Source: an uncultured beta proteobacterium (GTDB lineage Bacteria > Pseudomonadota > Gammaproteobacteria > Burkholderiales > SG8-39). Taken from it: a stretch of DNA of 64,000 nucleotides. The notes below the pieces were generated by a model that did no database searches, was not told the DNA's origin, and was given only the letters and a program-made list of their open reading frames with translations. The stretch covers positions 76,816 through 140,815 of the forward strand of contig CAWENY010000013.1 in the NCBI GenBank assembly GCA_963810475.1. The letters are read 5' to 3'. Positions 19,315 through 28,854 of the stretch are shown piece by piece (the first letter of the stretch is position 1; each line of letters opens with the position of its first letter). The position numbers were made by a program, and so were the translations under genes.

Positions 19315-20065
19315 GGTTGTTTTGCAGCATGCGCGGCCGAAAGCTGCCTGCGCACTCCTCGATCTCGAGCATGGTGGGCTCGATCTCGCCGGGCTTGAGG
19401 TGAGTGATGTAGATCTCGGCGTTGCGCTCGAGCTTGGCGAGCTCGTCGGCCAAAGTCTGCGGGCACAGGTGGCGCGAGATCTCGGCCAGCTGGCGCTCCT
19501 TGTTGGAAAAAGCGGTCTCGATGATGAGGAACTTGAGGTTGGCGATGCGGTTGACCACGCGCCACAAGGCGTCGTTCGGGCCGGTGTCGCCGGTGAACAC
19601 CAGGCTCGCGGCGCCGCTGTCGAGGTGATAGCCGACCGCCGGGACGGTGTGCCGCGCCGGCAGCGGCGTGATCTTGCGCCCGCCGAGCGTGGTCGTGTGT
19701 CCGAGCTCGATCTCCTGGTAGCGCAGGAACGGGGCCTCGGGGGTCGGGATCTCGGTGAAGTCCGGCCAGATCGCCCAGTTGAAGAGGTGGTTCTTCAGAA
19801 TCTCGATGGTGGCGCGGGTCGAGTACACCGTGAGCGGCTTGCTGCGCATGCCGCCGACGGTATCGACCAGGAACGGGATCGAGGTGACGTGGTCCAGATG
19901 CGAATGCGTGACGAAAATGTGGTCGATCTGCGACAGCTCCGCCAACGTCAGGTCGCCGACGCCGGTGCCGGCGTCGATCAGGATGTCGCTGTCGAGGAGG
20001 AACGAGGTGGTGCGCAGGTGGCGCCCGCCGATCCCGCCCGAGCATCCGAGCACGCGCAAACGCAT
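19298..20065 (-). CDS. class II 3',5'-cyclic-nucleotide phosphodiesterase (metallo-beta-lactamase fold)
   Basis: MRLRVLGCSGGIGG..LIDAGTG..IFVTHSHLDHV.. (HxHLDH), 255 aa. It sits inside the 989-aa track ORF but has its own ATG at 20063..20065. Confidence 0.8.
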   Translation of the reverse strand: MRLRVLGCSGGIGGRHLRTTSFLLDSDILIDAGTGVGDLTLAELSQIDHIFVTHSHLDHVTSIPFLVDTVGGMRSKPLTVYSTRATIEILKNHLFNWAIWPDFTEIPTPEAPFLRYQEIELGHTTTLGGRKITPLPARHTVPAVGYHLDSGAASLVFTGDTGPNDALWRVVNRIANLKFLIIETAFSNKERQLAEISRHLCPQTLADELAKLERNAEIYITHLKPGEIEPTMLEIEECAGSFRPRMLQNNLVLEF

Positions 20066-20082
20066 GGCGGTGTGGCGTTTTC

Positions 20083-22267
20083 CTATTTTTCGTCGAACAC
20101 GGTGACGCCGTCCCAGTCGGACGGCGGCGGGTTGCGACGCTTTTCCTGGATTCTCTGCATGATAGACGCCGTACAGACCACAGGCCGGGTTCACGGCGAG
20201 CAGGCGCCCCAAGCTCATGCTGGCGGCATCCCAGTCGCGCGCGCGATAGGCATGCAGGGCGAGTTGCCATTCCCGCAGCTCCGCATCCCCGGTCACCGCT
20301 TCCAGAGGCTCGTAGATGTTGATGGCCTCGTCTTTTCCTTTGACCTTGACCCGGTCGATTTCCCTGAATACCACATCTTGGACCTGGCTGCGCGTGGCCT
20401 CCCCGACCAGGATGCCGACGCCGTAGGCTTTTGTCCGCCCCTCCAGCCGCGAGGCGACGTTTACCGCATCCCCCATCGCAGTATAGGCGCGCCGCACTCG
20501 CGAGCCCATGTCGCCGACGCGGACTGTGCCGGAATTCACACCAATGCCGATCTTCAGCGCCGGCCAGCCGCGCGCGGCGAAGCGCGCGTTGAGCGATGCG
20601 CACTCGCGCTGCATCGCGAGCGCCGCCAGCAACGCGCTGCGCGCGTGCTCTGGGTTCTCCACCGGCGCCCCCCAGAACGCCATGATCGCGTCGCCGATGT
20701 ACTTGTCGAGCGTGCCGCGGTAGCGGTCGCGGATGATGCTGCTCATCTCGGTCAGGTATTCGTTGATGTACTCGCGCAGCGCATCCGGCGCGAGCGCCTC
20801 GGAGATGCTGGTGAAACCGCGGATGTCCGAGAACAGGATCGTCAGCTCCGCGCTTTTCGGCTTGTCGTACTTGTCCGGATCGAGCTCCATGCGCTCGACC
20901 ACTTCCGGTGGGACGTACTCGCGAAAGCGACCGGCGAGCCGCCGCTTGGAGCGCGACTCGACGAAGTAGCCGTAGGCCATGTTGAGCACGTAGATCGCGG
21001 CCGCGATCAGCACCGAGGCCGCGAGCGGCAGCACCAGCCCGCCCTGCCACACCATGAAGTTGAACGCGGCGATCGCGACGATGCCGAGCACCGTGGCGAG
21101 CGTCGCCCACAACGCCGACAGGCGCGGAATGAGGATGGCGAACGCGATGCCGCCGATCAGCAGCAGCACCACCTCGGCGCCGACCACGTACAGCGGCCGC
21201 TGCTTGACCTCGCCGTCGAGGATGCCCGCGATCATGTTGGCGTGGACTTCCACCCCGGGATAGGTGTCCGCGATCGGCGTCGGGCGCATGTCCTGAAGCG
21301 TCGGCGCGGTGCTGCCGATGATGGCGATCTTCCCCTGCAGCGCTTCGCGGGCGACGCGGTCGGCCGCCACATCGGCCAGTGAGATGTAGCGGAATGCGCC
21401 GCGCGCACGGTAGGGCACCAGCGCGCCGGCTTCCGCGTCCACCGGGATCTGCAGGCCGCCGACTCTCAGCCACTCGAGGTTGGGGTCGTCGGGCGGAAAG
21501 CCCGGCTCAACCGGCGGCGGCGCCGCGCCGGTCTGGCGCGCGAGCAGCGCGCGCACCACGGCAAGCGACAATGCTTCGTAGTACTCGCCGCCGTACTCGA
21601 CGATCAGCGGCACGCGGCGCAGTACGCCGTCGAAGTCCACGCGCGGATTGATGTGCCCGGCGGCGGTGGCGCTTTCGAGGTACAGCGGCAGATTGCCGGT
21701 GTAGCCGAAGATCTCCGGGAAGAACACGCGCCGGCCGTCGAACGTGCCCTTCGGCAGCACCGGACGGGGGAGCGCGTTTGCCTTGACCGCGCGCTCCTCG
21801 AAGTTGAAGTAGTAGCCGAGCACGACCGGCCTGTCCTTCATGCTCGCGGCAAAGCGGCGGTCGAAATCCAGACCAGGGCGCAGCTTGGCGTAAGCGGATC
21901 GAAACGCGGGAACGTCACGAGCGATCCGGTCCAGCACCTCGATGCCCGAGCTCGAGTCGCGCTCGGCCCAGACCACGTCGAAGCCGAGCACGGCGACGCC
22001 GTAGCGCTCGAACAGCTTGTCGACCAGCTCGGCCATCAGCCGCCGGTTCCATGGCCAGCGGCCGAGCTCGCCCAGGCTCTTCTCGTCGATGTCCAGGATG
22101 ACCAGGCGCGGGTCCACACTGCGCGGCATCGACATGCGAAGCCGCGTGTCGTAGATGATGTGGTCGAGCTGGGAAACCAGGCGCAGCTTGCCGTCGGCGG
22201 TGGGAAACCACTCCGCGGCGTGGGCTACGAAGAACAGCGTGATCGCGAGGCCGAGCGCGACCCTCAA
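20083..22267 (-). pseudogene. CHASE2 sensor / class III adenylate-guanylate cyclase, frameshifted 27 codons before its stop
   Basis: CHASE2-like periplasmic region, 3 TM helices, then the cyclase core ILFSDIRGFTSISE..GDAIMAFWGAP..IGIGVNSGTVRVGDMG. The C-terminal ..IMQRIQEKRRNPPPSDWDGVTVFDEK* (TAG 20083..20085) is in another frame. The junction is near 20160-20166. Length is 3n+1. Confidence 0.8.
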
Positions 22268-23156
22268 CTATGCCTTGAGAAAAAACTCCATCTTGACGCC
22301 GGCCAACTCGATCACGTCGTGGTCCTTGAGGGAGTGCGGCGCGGCGCCGATCGCCTGGCCGTTGACCGTCGGGCGATTGGCGCCCTCGACGTGGGTAATG
22401 AAGTAGCCGGCCGGGCGCCGGGTGAGGACAGCAACCTGCACACCAGGCTTGCCGAGCGTGGTCAGGGGCTTGGTGAGCTCGAGCTCCTTGCCGGCATTGG
22501 CGCCCGAAAGCAGCTGGATCGCGCCCAGCGGCTGGCCTGGCTTGCCCGCCGGCGCTGTGGCGGCGGCAGCGGCCGGAGGCGCAGGCGCCTTCGCCGGCGC
22601 TGCAGCGGACGCGGCAGCGGGCGCAGGCGCTGCTGCCGGGGTGGAACTGACCGGCTTGGTGATCGCATCCTTGTCGGCGATGCCGGCGGCCGTGGCGGTT
22701 GCGCCCACCTGCTGCACCGCGGCCGCGCGCTGCGCGACGGCGGCCTGCGCGCCGCCCGGCGGGGAACCGGGCGCCGCCTTTGCCTGCTCTGTCGGCCGCC
22801 TTCATCTGCGAGGGCCGCAGCACCATGGTCTTCTCGAAATCGGCCTTCTCGCCCGAGGCGGTCGGCGCGGCGTCGCCGACGAACTTCAGCTTGTATTTGC
22901 CGAGCTCGACGACATCGTTGTTCTGCAGGAAATGCTTCTTGACCGGGTTGCCGTTGACCACCGTGCCGTTGGTGCTGCCGAGGTCTTCGAGGAACGAGTC
23001 GTTGAGAATCGTGACGATCACTGCGTGCTCGCCGCTCACCGCGAGGTTGTCGATCTGGATGTCGTTGTGCGGCTTGCGGCCGATGGTGGTGCGCTCCTTC
23101 GTCAAGGGAATCTCCTTGAGCACCAGGCCATCCATGCTGAGTATCAGTTTCGCCAT
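22268..23156 (-). pseudogene. double FHA-domain protein, one frameshift in the Ala/Pro-rich linker as assembled
   Basis: FHA 1: TIGRKPHNDIQIDNLAVSGEHA..STNGTVVNG. FHA 2 (ORF 22268..22717): LTTLGKPGVQVAVL..YFITHVEG.NRPTVNGQ. The junction is around 22750-22800. Length is 3n+1. Confidence 0.75.
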
Positions 23157-23172
23157 AGCGGGTCCGCGGGAG

Positions 23173-24000
23173 TTATTTTAGCCAGCCGAAAACCTTGCCC
23201 ATGACGCCGCGGCGGCCGGGGTACTCCCGTAGGACGCGGACCAGTATAACCGAAACGTTATCGCGCCCCCCGTTGTCGTTGGCCATCTGCACCAGGTGCT
23301 GGGCGGCGAGCTTGAGGTTGCCCTTGCCGAGGGTCTGCAGCGTCATGGCGATGTCTTCGTCTTCCACCATGTCGCACAGACCGTCGGAGCACAGCAGAAA
23401 GATGTCGCCCGACTTCGTCGGGTACTCGTGAATCTCGGGCTCGACCGTCGGATCGATGCCGAGCGCCTTGGTCACGAGGTTCTTGTGCTGCGCCTTCTTC
23501 GCCTGCTCCGGGGTGATGATGCCGGAATCGATCTGCTCCTGCAGCAGCGAATGGTCGCGCGTCACCTGGCTGAACTCGCCGTCGCGCAGCCGGTAGAGGC
23601 GCGAGTCGCCGAGGTGCGCGACCAGCAGGCGATTGTCGTAGAACAGGCAGACGACGAGCGTGGTGCCCATTCCGGCGTACTGCGCCTGGCTTTGCGCCGC
23701 CTGGTAGATCGAGCTGTTGGCCTTCAGCACCTGGTCGCGCACCAGGCGCGCGGCAATTTCCTCGCTCGACCCGCTGTGGACGTCGTAGGGCTTGGTGTTG
23801 GCGAGGATCTGGCGCATCTCGGTGACGATGACCGTGGTCGCCATGCCGCTCGCCACCTCGCCGGCGTTGTATCCGCCCATGCCATCGGCGAGCACCACCA
23901 GCCCGTTCGCGGCATCGGCCGCGATCGAATCCTCGTTGTGCGAGCGCACCATGCCCGGATCGGTGCAGGTGGCAATCTCGAGGTTCTGGCTGAGGTCCAT
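23173..24000 (-). CDS. PP2C-family Ser/Thr protein phosphatase
   Basis: MDLSQNLEIATCTDPGMVRSHNEDS..VLADGMGG..LLCSDGL..DNVSVILV. Start taken at ATG 23998..24000. Confidence 0.85.
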   Translation of the reverse strand: MDLSQNLEIATCTDPGMVRSHNEDSIAADAANGLVVLADGMGGYNAGEVASGMATTVIVTEMRQILANTKPYDVHSGSSEEIAARLVRDQVLKANSSIYQAAQSQAQYAGMGTTLVVCLFYDNRLLVAHLGDSRLYRLRDGEFSQVTRDHSLLQEQIDSGIITPEQAKKAQHKNLVTKALGIDPTVEPEIHEYPTKSGDIFLLCSDGLCDMVEDEDIAMTLQTLGKGNLKLAAQHLVQMANDNGGRDNVSVILVRVLREYPGRRGVMGKVFGWLK

Positions 24001-24039
24001 CAACGAACAACCGCCGTCGGCTTGCAAAAACCGAATTTC

Positions 24040-24072
24040 AAAAAGCGCCCCTCCCGCTTGTCCCTGGGGCGC
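24040..24072 (-). terminator. rho-independent terminator after the formyltransferase-like gene
   Basis: The minus strand reads GCGCCCC-(14 nt loop)-GGGGCGC followed by TTTTT. It lies about 50 nt after the stop at 24125. Confidence 0.6.
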
Positions 24073-24124
24073 ATTGTTGCAGCCTTATGCGAGAAGAGTC
24101 AACGATTTAGCTGACTCAGTCCAC

Positions 24125-25057
24125 TCAGGTTCCGAGGATGGCGCCCGCCTTGATCGCGCCCGCGGCGAGCAATTCAACGGCCGCGAGCTTCTTTCCGTCG
24201 CCGAGCTTCGCGCGCAGTACTTCGATGCGCCCGCCCTGCGCGCTGACCTGGAAGGACTTGTCCGTCACTTCAACCACTTCGCCGATCTTTCCCTTGACCG
24301 CGCCGAAAGTGCGCACCGGATGCTTGCGCGCGTCGAAGATCTGCAGCTCGCTGCCGCCGAGGGTAGTCCACGCACCCGGCGCCGGGTTGCAGCCGCGGAT
24401 CGTGTTGTAGATGAAGTCGACGTGGTTCGCCCAGTTGACCTTCGCCTCGGCCTTGCGGCACCAGCCCTCGTAGGTGGCCTGCGACTCGTCCTGCACCACT
24501 TCATGATGCTTGTTCTTGATCACGAGATCTGCCGCTTCGAGCATCGCCTGCACCCCCATCGGGAACAGGCGGTCGAAGTACACCGTGCCGAGCGTGTCGT
24601 CGGCACTGATCGGCGTTTCCTTCTGCAGCACCACCGGGCCTTCGTCGAGGCCGTCGGTCGGGCGAAAGATGGTGAGGCCGGTCTTGGCGTCGCCGCGGAT
24701 GATCGGCCAGTTGATCGACGACGGCCCGCGATACTTCGGCAGCAGCGACGGGTGGTACTGGATCGTGCCGCGCTTCGGGATGTTGACGAAATCCTGCGGC
24801 GCGAACTGCAGCACGAACGCCATGATGCCCAGCTCGACGTTGAGTTTCTTCAGGGCTTGCTTGGCCTGGTCGCTTTTCAGAGAGGCGAATTGAAACACCG
24901 GCACGCCCTTTTCCTGCGCCGCGACCTTCAGCGCGTCCGGTCTCGCGCCCGTCTTTTCCGGCGCGCAGAACACGCCAGCGACCTCGTCCTTGCGCGCGAG
25001 GAACGCTTCGAGCACCGCTTTGCCGAAATCCTGCTGGCCGATGATGGCAATCTTCAT
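24125..25057 (-). CDS. formyltransferase-family protein resembling the N-terminal (hydrolase) domain of 10-formyl-THF dehydrogenase
   Basis: MKIAIIGQQDFGKAV..IQYHPSLLPKYRGPSSINWPII.GD..TG.TIF..DGLDEGPV. Fmt-like N- and C-terminal domains, 310 aa. Confidence 0.7.
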   Translation of the reverse strand: MKIAIIGQQDFGKAVLEAFLARKDEVAGVFCAPEKTGARPDALKVAAQEKGVPVFQFASLKSDQAKQALKKLNVELGIMAFVLQFAPQDFVNIPKRGTIQYHPSLLPKYRGPSSINWPIIRGDAKTGLTIFRPTDGLDEGPVVLQKETPISADDTLGTVYFDRLFPMGVQAMLEAADLVIKNKHHEVVQDESQATYEGWCRKAEAKVNWANHVDFIYNTIRGCNPAPGAWTTLGGSELQIFDARKHPVRTFGAVKGKIGEVVEVTDKSFQVSAQGGRIEVLRAKLGDGKKLAAVELLAAGAIKAGAILGT

Positions 25058-25079
25058 TTGCTAGATCACTTTCTGATTT

Positions 25080-26351
25080 TCAGGCTGCCTTCTTAGGCGG
25101 CGCGCTCAGGGCGCCTGCGCTTTTCAGCGAGTTGATCTTGCTCTGATCGTAGTTCAGCACTTCACGCAGAATTTCCTCGGTGTGCTCGCCGAGCGTCGGC
25201 GAGCGCTCGATCTTCGCCGGCGAGTCCGACAGCTTGATCGGCATGCCGACGTTCCACCACTTGCCGCGCTGCGGATGGTCGAGCTCGACCCACATGTCGC
25301 GGCCGCGCACGTGCTCGTCGGTGGCCAGGTCCTGCGTGCTCATGATCGGGCCGCACGGCACGTCGAGCGGATTGAGGATCGCCATCAGCTCGCGCTTGGT
25401 GTACTTCTCGGCGAACTTGTTGATCAGCGTCCACATCAGGTTCTGGTTCTTCCGGCGGTCCGAAATCTTCGCGAACCGGGCGTCGCTTGCCATTTCGGGC
25501 ATGCCGACGTCGGGGCCGATGCGCTTGGCGAGGTCTTCCCACACCGCTTCCTGCACCACGACGTAGAGCCAGTCGTTGGGGCCATGCGGCTTGCAGTGGA
25601 TCGCGTTGCCGAGCTGGCCGCCGCCGGAATCGTTGCCGGCGCGCGGCACGTCCCCCATGCCCTTGTAGGTCGGCACCGAAAACTCCGACAGGTCGCCGCG
25701 CGTCAGGCGCTGGTGATCGCGGAACTTGACGCGGCACAGGTTCATCACGCCGTCCATCATCGCGACTTCGACGTATTGGCCTTTTCCGGTGTTTTCGGCT
25801 TGCCGCAAGGCCGCCAGCAGACCGATGGCCAGGTGCAGCCCGGTGCCGCTGTCGCCGATCTGCGCGCCGGTGACGAAAGGCGGACCGTCCGGTACGCCGG
25901 TGGTGCTCATCGCGCCGCCCATCGCCTGCGCCACGTTCTCGTAGGCCTTGAACTCGGCGTACGGCCCGCTCGAGCCGAAGCCCTTGATCGAGCCCATCAC
26001 GATCTTCGGGTTCAGCTCGCGGATCTTCTCCCAGGGGAAGCCGAAGCGGTCGAGCACCCCGGGGCCGAAGTTCTCCATGATGATGTGGCACTTCTTCAGC
26101 AGGTCGACGAACACCTGCTTGCCCTCGTTGGTCTTCATGTTCACGGTGATCGAGCGCTTGTTGCAGTTGAGCATCGTGAAGTAGAGCGAGTCGGCGTTCG
26201 GCACGTCGCGCAGCTGGCCGCGCGTCGCGTCGCCTTGCGGGTTCTCGAACTTGATCACGTCCGCGCCCATCCAGGCGAGCAATTGACTGCAGGTGGGTCC
26301 CGCCTGCACATGGGTCATGTCCAGGATGCGGACGCCTTTGAGTGCTTCCAT
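25080..26351 (-). CDS. frc: formyl-CoA:oxalate CoA-transferase
   Basis: [36 protein letters not shown]...[12 protein letters not shown].. (family III CoA-transferase, Frc-like), 423 aa. ATG at 26349..26351. This is the 3' third of the 1009-aa track ORF. Confidence 0.9.
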   Translation of the reverse strand: MEALKGVRILDMTHVQAGPTCSQLLAWMGADVIKFENPQGDATRGQLRDVPNADSLYFTMLNCNKRSITVNMKTNEGKQVFVDLLKKCHIIMENFGPGVLDRFGFPWEKIRELNPKIVMGSIKGFGSSGPYAEFKAYENVAQAMGGAMSTTGVPDGPPFVTGAQIGDSGTGLHLAIGLLAALRQAENTGKGQYVEVAMMDGVMNLCRVKFRDHQRLTRGDLSEFSVPTYKGMGDVPRAGNDSGGGQLGNAIHCKPHGPNDWLYVVVQEAVWEDLAKRIGPDVGMPEMASDARFAKISDRRKNQNLMWTLINKFAEKYTKRELMAILNPLDVPCGPIMSTQDLATDEHVRGRDMWVELDHPQRGKWWNVGMPIKLSDSPAKIERSPTLGEHTEEILREVLNYDQSKINSLKSAGALSAPPKKAA

Positions 26352-26365
26352 TTTCCCTCCGGAGA

Positions 26366-28109
26366 TTACTTCTTCTTCGCAGCGCTCGGATTGAGGCTGG
26401 TGATGCGGCCGCTCTCGGTTCCTGCCGTCTCGTCGATCACCGCGTTGATCAGCGTCGGCTTCCTCGAGCGAATCGCCTCTTCCATCGCCTTCCTCAGCTC
26501 GGCCGGGGTGGTGGCGTTCGCGCCCACGCCGCCGAAGGCTTCCATCAGCTTGTCGTAGCGCGCGTTCTTCACGAACACGGTCGGCGCGACATCGGGGCCG
26601 CCGGTCGGGTTGACGTCGGTGCCCTTGTAGACGCCGTTGTTGTTCATGATCACGATGCACACCGGCAGGTTGTAGCGGCAGATGGTCTCGACCTCCATGC
26701 CGGAGAAGCCGAAGGCGCTGTCGCCCTCGATCGCGATCACCTGCTGCTTGCTCACTACGGCGGCGGCGACGCAGTAGCCCATGCCGATGCCCATGATGCC
26801 CCAGGTGCCGACGTCGATGCGCTTGCGTGGCTTGTACATGTCGACGATGCTGCGCGTGAAGTCGAGCGCGTTGGCGCCTTCGTTGACGAACATCGCGTCC
26901 GGGTTCGCCTTCACGATGTCGCGCACCACGTTGAGCGCGCTGTGGAAGTTCATCGGCGACGGGTTCTTGGCCAGCGTCTCGGCCATCTTGGCGACGTTGG
27001 TGGTCTTCTTCTCCTGGATGGCGTTCAGCCACTCGGCCGGGGGTTTTGCCCAATTGCCTCCAATCCCGGCGAGTAATGCGGAAACACAAGAGCCGATGTC
27101 GCCGACCAGGGGCGCGTCGATGCGCACGTTGCTGTCGGCCTCCTGCGGCGAGATGTCGATCTGGATGAATTTCTGGCCGCCCCAATCCTTGTGGCCCTTG
27201 CCGCCCCAGGTCTTGCCCTTGCCGTGCGACAGCAGCCAGTTGAGCCGGGCGCCGATCAGCATCACCACGTCGGCCGCCGGCAGCACGAAGGAGCGCGCCG
27301 CCGACGCGCACTGCTCGTGCGTGTCGGGTAGCAGGCCTTTGGCCATGGACATCGGCAGATAGGGGATGCCGGTCTTTTCGATCAAGCGAACGAATTTCGG
27401 AATCGACCTGCGCATACGCAGCGCCCTTGCCAAGGATGATCAACGGTTTCTTGGAAGAACGAAGTAATTCAAGTGCGCGCTTGACCGCGTCCGGCGCGGG
27501 GATTTGCTTCGGCGCCGGATCGACGACCTTGATGAGCGAGTTCTTTCCGGCCGTTGCGTCGATGCTCTGCGCGAAGAGCTTCGCCGGGAAGTCGAGATAG
27601 ACGCCGCCCGGCCGGCCGGACACCGCGGCGCGAATGGCGCGCGCGATGCCGACGCCGATGTCATCGGCATGCAGCACGCGGAAAGCGGCCTTGGCGACCG
27701 GCTTGGCGATGGCGAGCTGATCCATCTCCTCGTAGTCCCCCTGCTGCAGGTCGACGATCTCGCGCTCGCTCGAGCCGCTGATCAGGATCATCGGGAAGCA
27801 GTTGACGGTGGCATGCGCCAGCGCGTTCAGGCCGTTCAGGAAGCCGGGCGCGGATACGGTGAGGCAGATGCCCGGCTTCTGCGTGAGGAAGCCGGCGATC
27901 GAGGCCGCGTAGCCGGCGTTCTGCTCGTGGCGGAACGACAGCACGCGCAACCCCGAGGCCTGCGCGCGGCGCGTCAGGTCCGTGATCGGGATGCCGGGCA
28001 AACCGTAGATCGTATCGAGGCCGTTGAGCTTGAGGGCATCGATGACCAGTTGGAAGCCGTCGGTGGTTTGCTGCACGTCGGTGGCGATTTGCGGTTCGGC
28101 GGTGCCCAT
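26366..28109 (-). pseudogene. oxc: oxalyl-CoA decarboxylase (ThDP enzyme), single frameshift as assembled
   Basis: The N-terminal 235 aa are in the 25080..28109 frame (..[10 protein letters not shown]..). The rest is in ORF 26366..27433 (..[41 protein letters not shown]..). The junction is an extra base in T3 27395..27397. Length is 3n+1. Confidence 0.9.
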
Positions 28110-28194
28110 GGCTGGCTCCTTGCTCTAAGCGCGGCTTCTCGCGCTACTACTTCTACGGGACCGATATGGTAAAAACCCGTGTCCCCCGGCAGCC

Positions 28195-28208
28195 TTGACT
28201 GCGGTCAA
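28195..28208. promoter_or_regulatory. Crp/Fnr-family type palindromic box TTGAC-TGCG-GTCAA in the oxc / regulator divergent region
   Basis: Perfect 5+5 palindrome, extended as CCTTGAC-N4-GTCAAGG at 28193..28210. It lies 86-99 nt upstream of oxc and 38-51 nt upstream of the Crp/Fnr gene. Three similar boxes occur elsewhere in the window. Confidence 0.6.
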
Positions 28209-28245
28209 GGGTTCAAAAGGGAGCGCCAATAGCCGCGCCTAATGC

Positions 28246-28854
28246 ATGACTTCTCTATCCGCGCACCCGCAACGCAACAGCGTCCGCCTGCAATTGCGCC
28301 AGAACCCGCTTTTGCAGGGGATCAGCAACGCCCAGTGGAGCGAGCTCGAGCCACTGTTGCTCGTGGCCGACTACCGCAAGGGCGACCCGCTGGTGCGCCA
28401 GGGCGACGAGGAGATGGAGCAGTTCTTCATCGTCGAGGGCATGCTCAAGCGCGTGGTGTCGAACCCCGAGGGGCGCGAGATGATCCTGCGCTTCGCGGCC
28501 GAGAACGAGATGGACACCTCCTACGCCGCCTGGCGCCTGCGCACGCCGGTGCCCTACTCCATCGTCGCCGTGACCAAGGTGCGCACCGTCGAGCTGCCGA
28601 TGCCGGTGTGGGCCGAGTATCCTCGAGAAGCACCGCGAGCTCAAGGAGCGCTTCGAGCACGAGGTGATGAAGCTGATGTCGGAGGTGATGGCGCACACCA
28701 TCACGCTGCACCTGCTCGACGCGCCCGGCCGCCTGTCGCGCTTCCAGCGCAAGCACCCGGAGCTCGCCGGGCCGCATCCCGAAAAAGGAGCTGGCGGCCT
28801 ACCTCAACCTCACGCCCGAAACGCTTGTCGCGCCTCAAGCAGAAGCTGGGATGA
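28246..28854 (+). pseudogene. Crp/Fnr-family transcriptional regulator with three single-base insertions (net frame restored)
   Basis: The cNMP-binding-like N-terminus is in frame 1. ..LEKHRELKERFEHEVMKLMSEVMAHTITLHLLDAPGRLSRFQRKHPELAG is in frame 2. RIPKKELAAYLNLTPETL (the HTH) is in frame 3. SRLKQKLG* is back in frame 1. Junctions lie near 28621, 28769-28773 and 28826-28828. Confidence 0.75.

Noticed and set aside
18246-21473. 1075-aa ORF spanning the cNMP/rhodanese gene, the PDE and part of the cyclase.
   Set aside because: Only the last ~350 residues are protein-like. Upstream it is the wrong frame of the PDE and cyclase genes (Arg/Gly/His-rich junk).
27395-27397. Programmed ribosomal frameshifting or recoding at the oxc, cyclase or other junctions.
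   Set aside because: I see no slippery heptamer plus downstream structure. The junctions are scattered over unrelated genes and mostly sit at 2-5 nt homopolymers. This fits sequence error better than recoding.
25080-28109. 1009-aa ORF that looks like an Oxc-Frc fusion protein.
   Set aside because: Only its first ~235 and last 423 residues are family-like. The middle is the wrong frame of oxc. The real oxc C-terminus and TAA (26366..26368) are in ORF 26366..27433, and frc has its own ATG at 26349..26351.
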